Shown here: positions 18,653 through 39,200 of the stretch, in pieces
Numbering within the stretch: the first letter of the stretch is position 1
Layout: each line of letters begins with the position of its first letter
NCBI RefSeq assembly: GCF_009914755.1
Contig: NC_060925.1
DNA length: 64,000 nt
From: the human T2T-CHM13v2.0 reference genome, Homo sapiens
Reading direction: 5' to 3' (one strand)
Made by a program: the position numbers and the translations under genes
The notes under the pieces: model-generated
Databases searched by the model: none
What the model was told of the DNA's origin: nothing
The model's input: the letters and a program-made list of their open reading frames with translations, nothing else

Positions 18653-19583
18653 GATACAGGGTCTCACACTCTGTCACCCAGGCTGGAGCACAGTGGCACA
18701 GTCACGGCTCACTGCAGCCTCAAGTTCCTGGGCTCAGGTGATTCTTCCACCTCAGCCTCCCAAGTACAAATCCACATTTTATTAGAAACAGAAATGGTGT
18801 CCTATATGCCAAAATATCCAAGACTGCCACTCATCTCAGGTTTAATGTGACCAAACTCACCAAAAATTTAAGTTTCACCCAAATCTACAACTAACAGAAA
18901 AACAGATGGGTAGGGGAGGTTCACTAACACTTCACCCATATGTCTTCACTGGGGATGAAAGACACATTAGAATTCTATGTGGCTAGCACCCTGACTCTCA
19001 TGATTTAAGTGACCACACATAATCTCCCCCACCAAATCAGCAGAACAAAATATGTTAAGTCTTTTTCCATATTTTAACTAGGTAAAACCTATTTTATTAG
19101 AAGATAATTTGTTAGCTAATCCCCCTTAATTTTTTAAAAATAATATTCATCAACAAACATTAATTCAGCAAGTACACAGAATCTAAGGAATGGTTTCTCT
19201 TCCTAGTGAGTTAAATCTGAGAAATGCAAGATTCTTTAAGCAACCACTGGGAACCCAGAGACTGACAGGCTACCTACCGTAGCCCTCTCTTTATGTCATC
19301 AGGGGTGATAATCAGAAGACCTGGACAAAAACTAACCCACACCAAGTAAAAATGACATGATTTCAGAAGATAATGATTCATTCATGAATAAATATTAATA
19401 AACTGGGCTATTATTGAAATATCTTAAATTCTTTTCATTTGTGAAAAATTTTATAAATATTTTTAAGTCCCCTATTTCATGACATTTGGTGAAAAAACCA
19501 ATACTAAGTTTCCTGATTTACAAAGTATACTCAAAACCAGATAGAAAATTTCAGAGAGCCAATATACCTAAGCCAAAGAGTCA

Positions 19584-19941
<358 letters not shown>

Positions 19942-20947
19942 TTACCCAAAATCACCAGAATGGGATGGGCCCCTCTGAAATGTATGTTCCACTTGGCAGG
20001 TTATATCACCACAGTTAACTACAAAGCTAGACCACCAAAGGAATAGGTATGTAGGTGGCTACTAATGGGCCAACAGTGGCTTATCTTATACTCTCTCAGA
20101 AACTGAGAGCTCATCAGTAGACTAGACCCTCAGTTACTGAGCCAGAAGACCAGTGATTGTAGAGGCAGATAGATAAATAAAACAGAAAATTCCAGCAAGT
20201 TCTATCCATGTTAAACTATACTGGCAATTTATCTATGGTGGGTTTTTTAAATTTTTAAATGTTTTATTATGGAGAAGTTAAAACATACATAAAAAGGGAA
20301 CGCTATAGTGAACCCCTATGCAACCACCACCCTGCTTCAATAATTATCAATGTATGGCAAGTCTTATTTCATCTATACCTTCTACATACTTACTAGTTCC
20401 CATATCACTTTAAAGCAAGTTCTAGATCATATCATCTATAAGTATTTCAAAATATACCTTCTACATAAGAACTTCAAAAAAAGATAAAAGAATCATACCA
20501 ACATAACTCCTGAACATTATAATAATTATTCAATATCAAATACCCAGTCAAAATTCAAATTTACTTGTATTTTTTAAGTAATTTGTCTGAATCCAGTTAC
20601 AAAATGTTTGCAAAGTGCAACTGATGAACTAACTCTTTTAATCTATAGGTTCCCCAACCATCTCTTTCTATCCTTTTGAAATTTATGGTTGAAAAATATT
20701 GACTAAGCAAAAGTCTATATTTTTTAGTCATTATTTTAACTGCTAGGACAAAAGAAAATAAATTATCTCTTATTTATCCTAATTCTAAAAATTCTTAAGA
20801 TAATTACTAGCTCAACATCCCAATTAAATACAAGAAGGGAAAGATGGAGGCTTTTTGCATTTATGGGAAATCAGTCAGCATTAGCAAGTCTCTTAAAGAC
20901 AGACCAGGTTTCCATGAAACCCGTAAATACCATTATAAAGAATTTTA

Positions 20948-21352
<405 letters not shown>

Positions 21353-22201
21353 TCAAAAAGTGGTTTTCTAAGACCAGATTAGATTCACAATGCAATGGAA
21401 AGCAAAAGCCAGACTATGGAAAGTCATACTAGGTAAATTATACTTACTTATTTAGAAGCATTTTAATGATTTCTGCAATCTTTGCTCAAAGGAATTCTGA
21501 CAATTCAAGTGTCTTACAAGGTTCTATTTCCAGAGGATGAAACAGGCAATCACAATTCTGGTGCTTTAAAAAAAAAGCCTTTAAAAGGATTATCCAACCT
21601 AGGGCAGTGGTATGCACCCGTAGTCCCAGCTATTTGAGAGGCTGAAGCAGGTGGATCACTTGAGCCTAGGAGTTCGAGTCCAGCCTGGACAACACAGTGA
21701 GACCCCCATCTCAAAAACAAAACAAGGCCAGGCGTGGTGGCTTACGCCTATAATGTCAGCACTTTGGGAGGCCGAGGCAGGCAGATCACTTGAGGTCAAG
21801 AGTTTGAGACCAGCCTGGCCATCATGGTGAAACCCCCATCTCTACTAAAAATACAAAAGTTAGCTGGGCATGGTGGCATATACCTGTAATCCCAGCTACC
21901 TGAGTGACTGAGGCATGACAATTGCTTGAACCCAGGTGGGGTCTTCAGTGAGCCAAGATTGTGCCACTGCACTCCAGTCTGGGCAACAGTGTGAGTCTCA
22001 GTCTCAAAAATAAAAAATGAAAAATAGCTAGGCATGGTGGTGTGTGCCTGTAGTCCCAGCTACTTGGGGGGCCGAGGTGGGAGGATCGTTTGAGCCTGGG
22101 AGGTGGAGGGTGCAGTGAGCCAGCTGTGTTCGTGCCACTACTGCACTCCAGCCTGGGTGACAAAGTGAGACCCCATCTTGAACAAAACAAAGAAAACCTA
22201 A

Positions 22202-22501
<300 letters not shown>

Positions 22502-23232
22502 TGATCTCCTGACCTTGTGATCTGCCCACCTTGCACATAAATCAAAGAATTATGCAACTAACTTTCTCCCTCTAAGTTTGCTCTCTCTTGATTTTTTTCC
22601 TTCATTCTTTCTTTTTTTTTTTCACAAGGAGTTTTGCTCTGTCACCCAGGCTGGAATGGCATGACCTCAGCTCACTGCAACCTCTGCCTCCTAGGTTCAA
22701 GTGGTTCTTCTGCTCAGCCTCCCAAGTAGCTAGGAATACAGATGCCCACCACCATGCCCAGCTAATTTTTGTAGTTTTTAACAGAGACAGGGTTTCACTA
22801 TTTGGCCATGCTAGTCTCAAACTTCTGACCTCAGGCGATCTGCCCGCCTCAAGCCTCCCAAAGTGCTAGGATTATAGGCGTGAGCCACTGCGCCCAGCCT
22901 TCCTTCATTCTTTTAGGTTTACTTCCATACCCTTAAAGCCCAGAAATAGAGGGCTAAATACAATAGGAACTGAAAACCATAATTAGTTATACTGTAAGAA
23001 ATTTATAACATTAAATTCACATCATTCACAGCTCAGAATTAAGCAATAGTTTATTTCACCTCATAATGTTTCTTTCCTGTGCAAACATAAGATGAGTCAG
23101 AACTACAGGAATAATTTTAAAATACTGAGTAGTAAATTCTAAAGAACATCAAACAGAATAGTAAAAATATTCCAAAATTTTATTCCTGATACTTTCCTTT
23201 TTTTTTTTTTGAGATGGAGTCTTGCTCTGTAG

Positions 23233-23373
<141 letters not shown>

Positions 23374-23519
23374 TAGTAGAGATGGGGTTTCACCATGTTG
23401 GTCAGGCTGGTCTTGAACTCCTGACCTCAAATGTTCTGCTCACCTCGGCCTCCCAAAGTGCTGGGATTACAGGTGTAAGCCACACACCTGGCCTTGATAC
23501 TTTCTTAAAAACAAAACAC

Positions 23520-25090
<1,571 letters not shown>

Positions 25091-25151
25091 TTTAATTTTA
25101 AATTTCTAAACTTTTTAAAGTACACTAAGTGAAACAATACTGAATTGTTTA

Positions 25152-25478
<327 letters not shown>

Positions 25479-26700
25479 CTATGTTACTAATGTAGTAAGC
25501 AGATAATATATCAATACAATTAAACTGAAGGCTTAAAGGGAAACTGGGTTGTATGAGGCAGTATTTCTCATTCACTTTATTCTGAAGCCATATCCTTAAA
25601 GTTGGACTAGCATTTCAAGAGTTCCTAGGCTGGGCGCAGTAGCTCACGCCTGTAATCCCAGCACTTTGGGAGGCCGAGGTGGGCAAATCACCTGAGGTCA
25701 GGAGTTCGAGACCAGCCTGGTCAACACTGTGAAACTCCATCTCTACTAAAATCACAAAAAACACAGCCAGGCATGGTGGTGCATGCCTGTAATCCCAGCT
25801 ACTCAGGAGGCTGAGGCAAGAGAATTACTTGAACCCGGGAAGTGGAGGTTGCAGTGGGCCAAGATCACATCACTGCACTCCAGCCTGAGTGACAGAGGGA
25901 GACTCCATCTCAAAAAAAAACAAAAAAGAAAAAACAAGAGTATCTGATGAAAAAAGTTACAGAACTGTATGTATTTTTTATATAGATATATAAAGTAAAA
26001 TAAATTAGACAACTGCAATTAATTTATGCTTATCTATGGATGAATTTTTTTTTGGAATACACAAGACTGTGGTTACTTACCAGTCTATACCCACTGTCTT
26101 CTTTTTTTTCATGAACATGGGTTATGGGTTAACATTTTAATTTAAATATTAGAGGCTTTTGAAGTAAATAAAGTCAATTTATATTTTTTAGAAAAAATTA
26201 GTACACTGGCCATAGGCAGGCTCAAGAATCAAGGGTACATTCAAGGAGTCAAGGAGACTAGGTCATCTCAGCATGTCACAAGATGCTCAGCTGGCCTGGC
26301 ATGGTGGCTCACTCACGCCTGTAATCCCAGCACTTTGGGAGGCCAAGGAGGGAGGATCGCTTGAGCTTGGGAGTTTGAGACCAGCCTGGGCAACATGGTG
26401 AAACCCTGTCTCTACAAACATTATAAAAGTTAGCCAGGCATGGTGGCATGTGCCTGTAGTCCTAGCTACTTGCGGGGCTGAGATGGCAGGATTGCTGAGC
26501 CACAGAGGTTGAGGCTGCAGTGAGCTGTGTTCACGCCACTGCACTCCAGCGTGGGTGACAAAGTGAGATCCCGTCTCAGGGAGAAAAAAAAAAAAGAAGA
26601 TGCACAGCCATCTCAGTATGGGCCTTGGAACCCTGGGATCAAAGAAAAGGTTAGGTAAGCTGGTTGCTAACAGAACTTTAACAGTTTGAGAGACACATAG

Positions 26701-26794
26701 GACTAGTCCTGTGGTAGTGGGTTATCAGAACTTATAAACATTAGTGTCACTAAAGTTGGTATACAACTCCCCCACTGCTAAATTTGACTGGCTT
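26701..26794 (+). pseudogene. Y RNA (RNY4) retropseudogene, antisense to POGZ in intron 3
   Basis: Near-identity to hY4 (TGGTAGTGGGTTATCAGAACTTAT-AACATTAGTGTCACTAAAGTTGGTATACAAC...CACTGCTAAATTTGACTGGCTT), followed by a poly(A) tail and a degenerate TSD. Confidence 0.93.
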
Positions 26795-28593
26795 AAAAAA
26801 AAAAGAAATACACAGGAAAGCAATATAATACAGTGGAAATCCCGAAAGCTTTGAAGTCCAGAAAATGCAAATACAGTTTAGTCACTTAGCAACTATTATT
26901 ACTTATAACAAAAGCAAATTATTTAGACTCTCTAGGCCTCAGTTTCCACATCTGTAAAATAATAGAAATCTTTACATAAATGGTTCCCCATCTTTATACA
27001 TACAAGGGATCCCATTTATAAGTTTTTTAGAAGTCTAAAGATTCCCCATAAAATCATCATATTTTCAGTACCCAAATACTGAAAACCTTTGGAAATCATG
27101 GAGGTTTTAAAGTTTGATAATACCTAAAGTTGGCAACAATGCGGGGAAAGAGCTACTGGCGGGCACTTATTTAGAGCAACCTATTAGGACAACTTGACAA
27201 CGTCTATCAAATTATAAACACCTGATCCAGCAAATCTCACCTCTAAGACTTTATATTGCAAATACGTTTTACACAGTAGGCAAGGACACATGCCTGAAAA
27301 CATTCACCACAGCATCATTTGTAATCACAAAGGATGGGGACCCTAATAAATGTTCAACAATGGGGAATGCATATATAAATGGTTATATTCCCAAACTAAA
27401 AACCATACTCTCTTCTATCAGCAATATAAACTGACACAACATTTCTAGATGGCCAATCCAGGAACAATACTGATCACAATTCTTAAAAACTGTGATGACC
27501 TTTGAGCCAACAATTTGTTTCAGAAATATATTTGCAGAACTAATTAACAATGCGAGAAAAGATACAGAGATAGGAATGTTCACTGAAGCTCTTAAAAATA
27601 GCAATATACCCTCTTACAACCCATTGTTAATAAGTTAATCAAATAATGGGAAATACAGTCAGTCATCAAAAATGTTATAGATGACTATTAAAATAAGATA
27701 TTCACTATTAAGGGGAAAAGGCAGGCAGAGTAATGTACAACTTGTATAATCTTTTTTTGTCAAATGAAAATCACCACATATAACATATAGATGTATATAA
27801 AAATAAAAAATAAATATATGTACAGAATAAAAGTAACCATCAGTTATCTTCAGGTGGTGGGATTATGGTTAAACATTTTTTTGTTCCTTTTTTTTTTCAC
27901 TTTATAGTTTTTCTACAATGCATATATTATTTTTGTAGTACTAAAGCTGTTTTAGTTTTAAAGGAAATAAAATAATTAAAAAATAAAGTCCCTCGCAGCG
28001 ATGCAATGACTCTATGAAAGTGCCTACTTCAGTTATGAATCTTGAGACATAACTGGTCAACAACTCATCTTAGGAGTGTAGAAATAGACATTAGAAATTA
28101 AATAGAAACCAATACTATATAGCCTTTCTATTAAAAAAAATAAAATAAAATACACTAAAAACACTAGTCTTTCACCATTTCTTTCATGTAGACAACAACC
28201 CTATCCTATCTTCCATACTCAGGAACCAATAAACAAATGAATCTGCCAGAGAAAATACAGAACTGCCCTGGGAAAATTCTTACCAAACTAATGGAATTTT
28301 TCTCATTAAAGAAACAAAAACAACCAACCAACCAAACAAAAAAATCTTAACAGGAATTTTGGGTTGACATTTTCTCTCCAAGAAATTATCAATAGCAAGA
28401 ATCTACTGCTCTCTCACTTGAAACACCAGTACCGAGTCAGCACTAACTTAGAAGGAATAGCACCATCTACAGAAATCACTTCCGTATCAGAGAATCATTA
28501 CTAAATTCATTTTCCAACTAGTAGAACCACATCTGTACCTAACTAAACAGGTAGGGCTGTCCCTGAGACCTTTTTTATTCTTTCACCCCTCTA

Positions 28594-28809
<216 letters not shown>

Positions 28810-29710
28810 TCACTTGGAGACAGGGACAGATGACACTAAAGGATACTGCTCTAATCTTCCCTTTCCATCTTATTGTGGGTCTCTATAGCCAAAAAGTTTC
28901 CTGTTTCATAAATCCAACTGTTCATGTGATTTCTCCTCCTACTTAACCCTTAGTCCACCATTTAAACACAATCCCTTCTTCGTCTCACATCTCCTGGTTA
29001 ATTAAGTTACATCATGGAGCCCACTGAACTGGGATTTTAATCTTTGCTTACATAGCACTAGCAAACCTCTAGGACTCAAAGGTTTATTATTACCACTAGT
29101 GGTATTCATAATCATGCATATTAAGCCATCCAAAAGACCCTGAACTGTGCCCTATTTCAGCCCAAACCAATGCCATCTTCAGGTCTCAAGACAGGAAAGA
29201 TAAAAATATAGAGCAACTGGTACAATTTAGGGGAGCAAAAGAACTACCACCCATTTTCTGAATTCAGGGCAATCTAGAATTTGACCCAGCAGTATCACCT
29301 TTATGAAAGAAAAGCTAACAAGCCTAAATTTGTAAACTGTCCATGAAGGCAGACACAAGGCAATTTCTACTCCACTCACAAAGGAAACCAAGTTCAAGTA
29401 AAACAAAATAAAACAAAAAAAACAAGACTATGGGAACCTATTTTTGACTGGGTACATAAATGAGCACTGACACACACACACCACCACTTTGAATTCTTGT
29501 TCATACATCTTTTAGTAAGAAGACTGCTAGATATTTGATAAACACTGGTTAATCCAACCTTCCAATGTTTTCGATGAATTAAATATATAGTTTCTAGCTA
29601 TATGGATGAGGAAACTGAGGTTTTCACAGACTAGAGCATGGGAAAAAAGGCAGCACCAGTGAGTGCCACAACGAGGTCTCCCTGGATTCTTCAAGTCCTT
29701 TTCCATCTCA

Positions 29711-29938
<228 letters not shown>

Positions 29939-30766
29939 CTAAGAATAGGAGATATTGCTTTATACCAAATATGAAATCAGAACTTTGACTCCATTGGTAA
30001 CCTACCTCCTTGGACTCCTTTATCATATCCTCTAGCCTTCCTCCATTTCCAAGGGTTCAGAATTACAACTTCTATTATTGAATATTAGAATCCATTCCAC
30101 AGCAAATTATTTAATAATTAGGGTTACAGGCCGGGCATGGTGGCTCCCGCCTGTAATCCCAACATTTTGGGAAGCCGAGGGAGGTGGATCACCTGAGGTT
30201 GGGAGTTAGAGAACCAGACTGGCCAACATGGCAAAACCCTGTCTTTACTCAAAATACAAAAATTAGCCAGGCGTGGCGGTGCACCCCTGTAATTCCAGCT
30301 ACTTGGGAGGCTGAGGCACGAGAATCGTTTGAATCCAGGAGGCAGAGGTTGCAGGGGGTCAAGATCACAACACTGCACTCCAGCCTGGGGACAGAGTGAG
30401 ACTCTGTCTCAAAAAAAAAAAAAAAAAAAATTAGGATTATAAAAGTTTAGGCCAGGCACAGTGGCTTATGCTTGTAATCCCGGCATTTTGGTAGGCTGAA
30501 GTGGGTGGATCACGAGGTCACGAGTTCAAGACCAGCCTGGCCAACATGGTGAAACCCCATCTCTACTAAAAACACAACAATTAGCCGGGCACGCTGGCAG
30601 GCGCCTGTAATCCCAGCTACTTGGGAGGCTGAGGCAGGAGAATTGCTTGAACCCCGGGCAGCAGAGGTTGCAGTGAGCCAAGATCGCACCACTGCACTCC
30701 AGCCTGGGCAATAGAGACTCCGTCTCAAAAACAACAACAACAACAAAAAGTTTAATGTGTAATACC

Positions 30767-30997
30767 CAGGGCCAGGGTTAGGATGAGGACAGTGAGGTGA
30801 GTCAAGCAAGTGCAGGATCGGATTCAGTCTTTATTTAAAATAGATATTCTGTTCATTATGGATTGTTCTGCATTAATATTGATCTTTTAAAATGATGCAT
30901 TAAAATGCATTTATTATGATTACTGAACCTCTCTGTACTCCTTTAAATTTTGCATCTAAGATGAGAACCTTACTTGTCATACTCTAGTCCCAGTCCT
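30767..30997. mobile_element. hAT (Tip100/ORSL-like) MITE
   Basis: Imperfect TIRs CAGGGCCAGGGTTAGG / CTAGTCCCAGTCCT around an AT-rich core. Subfamily uncertain. Confidence 0.45.
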
Positions 30998-31087
30998 ACT
31001 ACTACCTTGTACGTCTAGTCTAGGAAATCCTGGAGGCCATTCCACTGTGATTTCGGAGTCAACCCTTAATTTGAAAACACTGCCTAA

Positions 31088-31183
<96 letters not shown>

Positions 31184-33001
31184 TGAGGTCGGATCACCTG
31201 AGATCGGGAGTTTGAGATCAGCCTGACCAACATGGAGAAAACCCATCTCTACTAAAAACATAAAATTAGCCGGGCGTGGTGGTGCATGCCTGTAATCCCG
31301 GCTACTCGGGAGGCTGAGGCTGGAGAATCGCTTGAACATGGGAGTGGAGGTTGCAATGAGCCACAATTCACGCCACTGCACTCCAGCCTGGGCAACAACA
31401 GCGAAAGTCCATCTCAAAAAAAATAAAAATAAATAAAAACAAATAAATAAAGTCTGTATCTCTGCATTGCAAACAAAGAGTTAATGCTATTCTGCCCTCC
31501 AATAACAGTTTACTAAGGGTCAGTTTCTCTGTGTTGGAACGGGAGTACTATTACTGCTCAATGTTCAAACAAAGCCTTTACTGTAAGGCTCTAAGTGTCC
31601 TTAGTGTCTTAGTAATTCTGCTGCTACATCCATAAGCGAAAACCAAAACCAAACAACCAACCTAACCATTCTGTTTATTGAGTATTTAGTTAGGGCTATA
31701 CATCCTGACAGTAGCAGTTTGCAAGAAGCCCAACAGATGGCATTGTTTCGCTTGAAAATTGAAAACAATCTTGCAGTGCCCCAGTGAGTCAGCTATAGCC
31801 AGGGGCACTCTGGGTTTTAATGGGTAAAGTGCTTAACTGGATTCTAACTGGTCTTTAATCTTCTATTTTAATTATTTCTGTCTTTCTAAACCAAAGCCAC
31901 AAAGGGGGTGAGGAAAGAAAAAGATCTAAGGGATCAACTTACTTAAATTCTCTTATTTTCAGGCTTAATTATATGAAGACAATACTAGCCAGAAACTGAA
32001 TTAAAAAGAAATCAAATCCATATCACAGGTATTCTTTGAGACAAAGACAACACATGCCTTTGTTTTCCAGTCTAATTCCACTACAAAATATATTTTCAAA
32101 AACTTTTTCCTTAAATACTTAATTTTATTCCATTGTTCTTTGCTGTATAACTTTCTGAGAGCTGTCAACAGATAATTAATGCGCAAATATCCAACACCCA
32201 GCAGAATGAATATAAACTGTGGACAATAACCTCTGCCGATGGTTTTCAAGGACCTACTTTTGTCCTGACCACTTACAAGCAAACTCTCCACACATATGAA
32301 AACTTTGATTTGGAATATGAAGAGCTATCAGAATACAAATTGTGGTTTTCAATGTCATGCCTGTGGTTATTTTAATAGCATACCCAAAAGGGTGTTCTTT
32401 TATCTTAAGTATTTACAATACCTTCAGAGTTTCAGTTCTTTATTTTATAAAGCAATGAATTTTAATAAGAATATTGAAATTTCTTCCATTTGACCTTCTG
32501 AGAGAAATGGAAAGAACTCCAGCTTGGGTAGCACAGCAAGACTCCATCTCTACAAATTTTTTTTTAAAAATTAGCCAGGCGTGCAGCACACACCAGTGGT
32601 CCCAGCTACCAGGGAGGATGAGGTAGGAGGATTGAGGATCGCCTGAGCCCAGGAGTTCGAGGTTACAGTGAGCTCGAGGTTACAGTAACTGCAGTGGTGC
32701 CACTGCACTCCAGCCTGAGCTGGAGAGCTGGAGAGCAATACTCCATCCCTACAAAATAAAATAAAAAACAAATGGAAATAACCAAAAAGGGTAGATCTGA
32801 AAAGATGGCAAAGAAAGATGTTTATGTCCTAACTACTTTTTAATCAAGTGAGAAAAATATCTCTTCTCCTTAGGTATGAGTACTGCCAAGATATCCAATG
32901 TAAATTAAAAGACTCAAAATGAAAAGAAAATCCAACTTGGCTGGACACAGTGGCTCACATCTGTAATCTCAACACTTTGGGATGCTGAGAAGGGTGGATC
33001 A

Positions 33002-33301
<300 letters not shown>

Positions 33302-34268
33302 TCATTTTTTTTTAACAACATAGAAGATGGAGTTAGCTAATAAGGTTTGTCAACTCAGAAAATATTAGGTCTGCTGACTGAACATATTTCACAGACTTAT
33401 ACACAAAGCATCTCTGAAAGACACTGAAGCCAAATTTTTCAAAACTGTCCTTGATTTTGACCTACACTCTGCTATCTCAGGATGTGATCAATTCCTTTCA
33501 CTTTCAGCATCTATAACTCAGGGTCTAAAAGATACAACAGAGATATATCAACCTAATATAAATATTCAGCAAACCAAAAATAGAAAATTCAAATTTAGAT
33601 CCTTCTTGTAGTTTTCTAGTTATCAAAAGGAAATCTTATACTAACATAATAAAATGCAGTATTTAATATTTCTACCAAGATTCTCAAGAAACACCACCAT
33701 TCTCTGTGGTCTTTCAAGTGATCCATGGCATACCGTCTTTCAACTTTTTTTTTTTTTTTTTTTTTAGCCCCGATCATGGGCAAGGGCAGCCTTTCAACTG
33801 TTTTTGAACAAAGAAGACAGTAATTACTAAATATGCAGTGTTAACATGTATATCCAGATTCTGAAAATGTGCCCTCAAAAAAAAAAAAAGATCTTCCCAA
33901 ACTATCATTCCACACATTTAACCTCCTTCCATACCAAATCTTTCTCATAAGGAAAAAAAAAAAAAAAAAAAAGCGAATTTTATTCCCTCTTCCCTAATTT
34001 CTTGCTATGAAGGATTGGATACTTATCACACTAAAAAAATTATGCTGAAATGTAATCCTTAAGGGGCATTTTAATTTCTCATTTTTTATTTCAAAACTGC
34101 CAAACAGAAATGCGAATTTCAGATATTTAAAGCCAGCCCATAGTGAATACAGTGCTACATCAAGAGGAAAACGGCCGGGCGCGGTTGCTCACGCCTGTAA
34201 TCCCAACACTTTGGGAGGCCGAGGCGGGGGGATCACCTGAGGTTGAGAGTTCGAGACTAGCCTGGCTA

Positions 34269-34555
<287 letters not shown>

Positions 34556-34937
34556 TCAAAATTGTAGTGGTTCCTTTTCTGCTAATTTTAATGATACAAA
34601 TTTTAATTGAATAAAAAAGTTAGACATGTATTCGTCACTCAGTTTCAAAAATTATCAACTCAAAATGGATTCCTTCATTTATGCCCCCACTTCCCTGTAT
34701 TATATTGAAACAAATCTCTAAAACATCATATTCATAAATATTTTGGTATGTAGGTCTAAAAGATAAGGACTTTAAAAGACTATAGTTTAAAAAAATTGTA
34801 TGGCTGGGCGCGGTGGCTCAAGCCTGTAATCCTAGCACTTCGGGAGGCTAAGGCGGGCGGATCACATGAGGTGAGGAGTTTGAGACCAGCCTGGCCAACA
34901 CGGTGAAACCCTGTCTCTACTAAAAATACAAAAATTA

Positions 34938-35087
<150 letters not shown>

Positions 35088-35116
35088 TTACCATTACATG
35101 CCTAAAAAACTGATAA

Positions 35117-35368
<252 letters not shown>

Positions 35369-36237
35369 TAGAGAGGGGGTCTTACCATGTTTCCCAGGCT
35401 GGTCTCAAACTCCTGGACTCAAGCAACACACCTGCCTCAGATTCCCAAAGTGCTGGGATTATAGGTATGAGCCACTGTGCCCAGCTTTTGATGTGTTTTG
35501 ATCCATGCAGTTATCTTTACAGATACTCAATGTGCCCTATTTTGGCCAGTGGGAACGTCTTCAGTTGGCTGCTGAGTCCTTCTGACACAACCCTAGCATC
35601 GTTTGATAAAATCTTTGCTGATAGTCAAGATGTTTCAGCTTATCTCATATATTTCCTGCCCCAGACCTAGAACCAACCATTTCTTCAAGGAATGATACTG
35701 GTGGGGAATGAGTTTCCAAGACCACAATAAAAGGCTAGGGTCCTTCTTGCTCATTTTAAATAAAAAATTACCTCCATATGAATCCCCAAGTATTAGCTAT
35801 CTTCAACTTTGCTCTTACGTCATCTGACAGAAAAATTCCACATCCACAAATATATTTCTTAGAAACCTAAAAAAAAATTTTCTCCTGAAATTTTTACTTG
35901 AAATGTTTGTCTTATATATTTAGTAAACCACTCATTACTTCCCCTCTTATCCTATCCTGACTGTATGTATTCCCCTAACAAAATACCTAGATCATTAAGA
36001 TAATTTATATGTAGTTAAGAAATTTTGGCTGGGTGTGGTGGCTCACATCTGCAATCCTAGCACTTCGGGAGGCTGAGGTGAGAGGATTACCTGAGTTCAG
36101 GAGTTCGAGACCAGCTTGTGCAACAGAGAGAGACCTCATATCTATTAAAATTTTTAAAAAATTATTTTAAAAAGATAAATTTTAAGAAAAATATAATCAA
36201 ACAATCAAAGGTTAACAAAGAGGACACATTTAGTTTA

Positions 36238-36600
<363 letters not shown>

Positions 36601-36984
36601 CTATCTTTCCTTGAACACAAGATATAGACAGATCATGTCAAACATTTCAAACGAAATTCTCAACTATTCCTAAGCTAGTAAGGATCTTTTTCAAGCAAAT
36701 GCATGAGGGGGTGGTGGCAGAGGTGGAAAACAGAGATTTAGATACAGCAGAAAGCCTACACCTTTACTTTCAAAACAAGAGCTCATTTCGAACCTTCAAT
36801 TAAATTCCCAATAGTGCTAAAATATTTCATCATATTCCAGTGTTCTCCAACATATATCAGGCACCGCCCAAGCTATACACTACATCTGCAGAAGGGATTC
36901 ATTCAACACCTGTACCTAGCTTACATCAAGGGAACCCTAGTTCATAAAAGGCATAAATAAATAATTAAGGAATCTTCATAAGTG

Positions 36985-37205
36985 ACAGTGAATTTTATCA
37001 GAGGTCACGTTTGCCCCCCAGAGGGCATTTGGCAATGTCTAGAGACATTTTTGGTAGTCACAATCAGGGTGGGGGTGAGGAGAGGTGTTACTGACCTATC
37101 TAGTGGGTAGTGGCCAGGAGTGCTACAGAACATCCTACAATGCATAGGATAGCCTGGAGATTATCCGACCCTAAATGTCAATAGTGCCAAGACTGAAAAT
37201 CACTG
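36985..37205 (+). mobile_element. MER20 hAT-Charlie MITE
   Basis: TTTGCCCCCCAG...CATTTGGCAATGTCTAGAGACATTTTTGG...AAATGTCAATAGTGCCAAG. Confidence 0.8.
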
Positions 37206-37713
37206 ATCAAACTGAATACATGTTCTGAAAACGAGGGCAATTAAAAAAAAATCATCCCACATTCTATACATAAAGAACTATCATTTCTTTTTAAAAATAT
37301 TTGTCCTCTCAGGCCAGGCACAGTGGCTCACGCCTGTAATCCCAGCACTTTGGGAGGCCGAGGTGGGCGGATCACGAGGTCAGGAGATCAAGACCATCCT
37401 GGCTAACACGGTGAAACCCCGTCTCTATTAAAAATACAAAAAATTAGCCAGGCGTGGTGGCGGCCGCCTGTAATCCCAGCTACTCGGGAGGCTGGGGCAG
37501 GAGAATGGCATGAACCTGGGAGATGCAGCTTGCAGACTGCACCACTGCACTCCAGCCTGGGAGACAGTGCGAGACTCCGTCTCAAAAACTCTGCAAGAGA
37601 GCAGAACAAGGTTCTTATGAATTATTCAAATGGTTATATCTTGTATGTTAAAAATTTTTTTATAAAATCCATATATATCTAGTCTGTTTCATCCTATAAT
37701 CACCTACCTGTGA

Positions 37714-38418
<705 letters not shown>

Positions 38419-39041
38419 TAAACTCTTCTAGCTTCTTCAACTTTCAAATCATTTTTGCAGAGGGCAATGCCTCAAAGTGACAAAATGGAAACCTATTTCT
38501 ATGTTCTTCCTCAAAAATCTTATTTATGGTTGAACTTAAAAGTTACAGTAGCTCTGTATCTCAAAAGCCAAAGGTTATGATTGTAATATGTTTAAATAGA
38601 AAAACCTTAGCCAGGACCGGTGCAGTGGCTCACGCCTGTAATCCCAGCACTTTGGGAGGCCGAGGTGGGTGGATCACTTGAGGTCAGGAGTTCAAAACCA
38701 GCCTGGCCATGACCATGACCAGAGATGTGGTGAAACCCCGTCTCTACTAAAAAAAAAAAATACAAAAATTAGCCAGGTGTGGTGGCACACGCCTGTAATC
38801 CCAGCTATTCAGGAGGCTGAGACAGGAGACTGCCTCAAAGGGAAAGAAAAAAGAAAAACATTAACCAATAAACTACTGACTAATAATTCACATTAGTTAT
38901 CAGCTGTTTTGTCTATGGCATTTTTTTGCAAACAAATACACAAGAAAAGCCAAAAACAATGTATGAAGTATTACTGACAATAATATTTAACCTGAATCAA
39001 ATCAATTATTTATTTATTTTATTTATTTTTTAATTTTTTGA

Positions 39042-39200
<159 letters not shown>

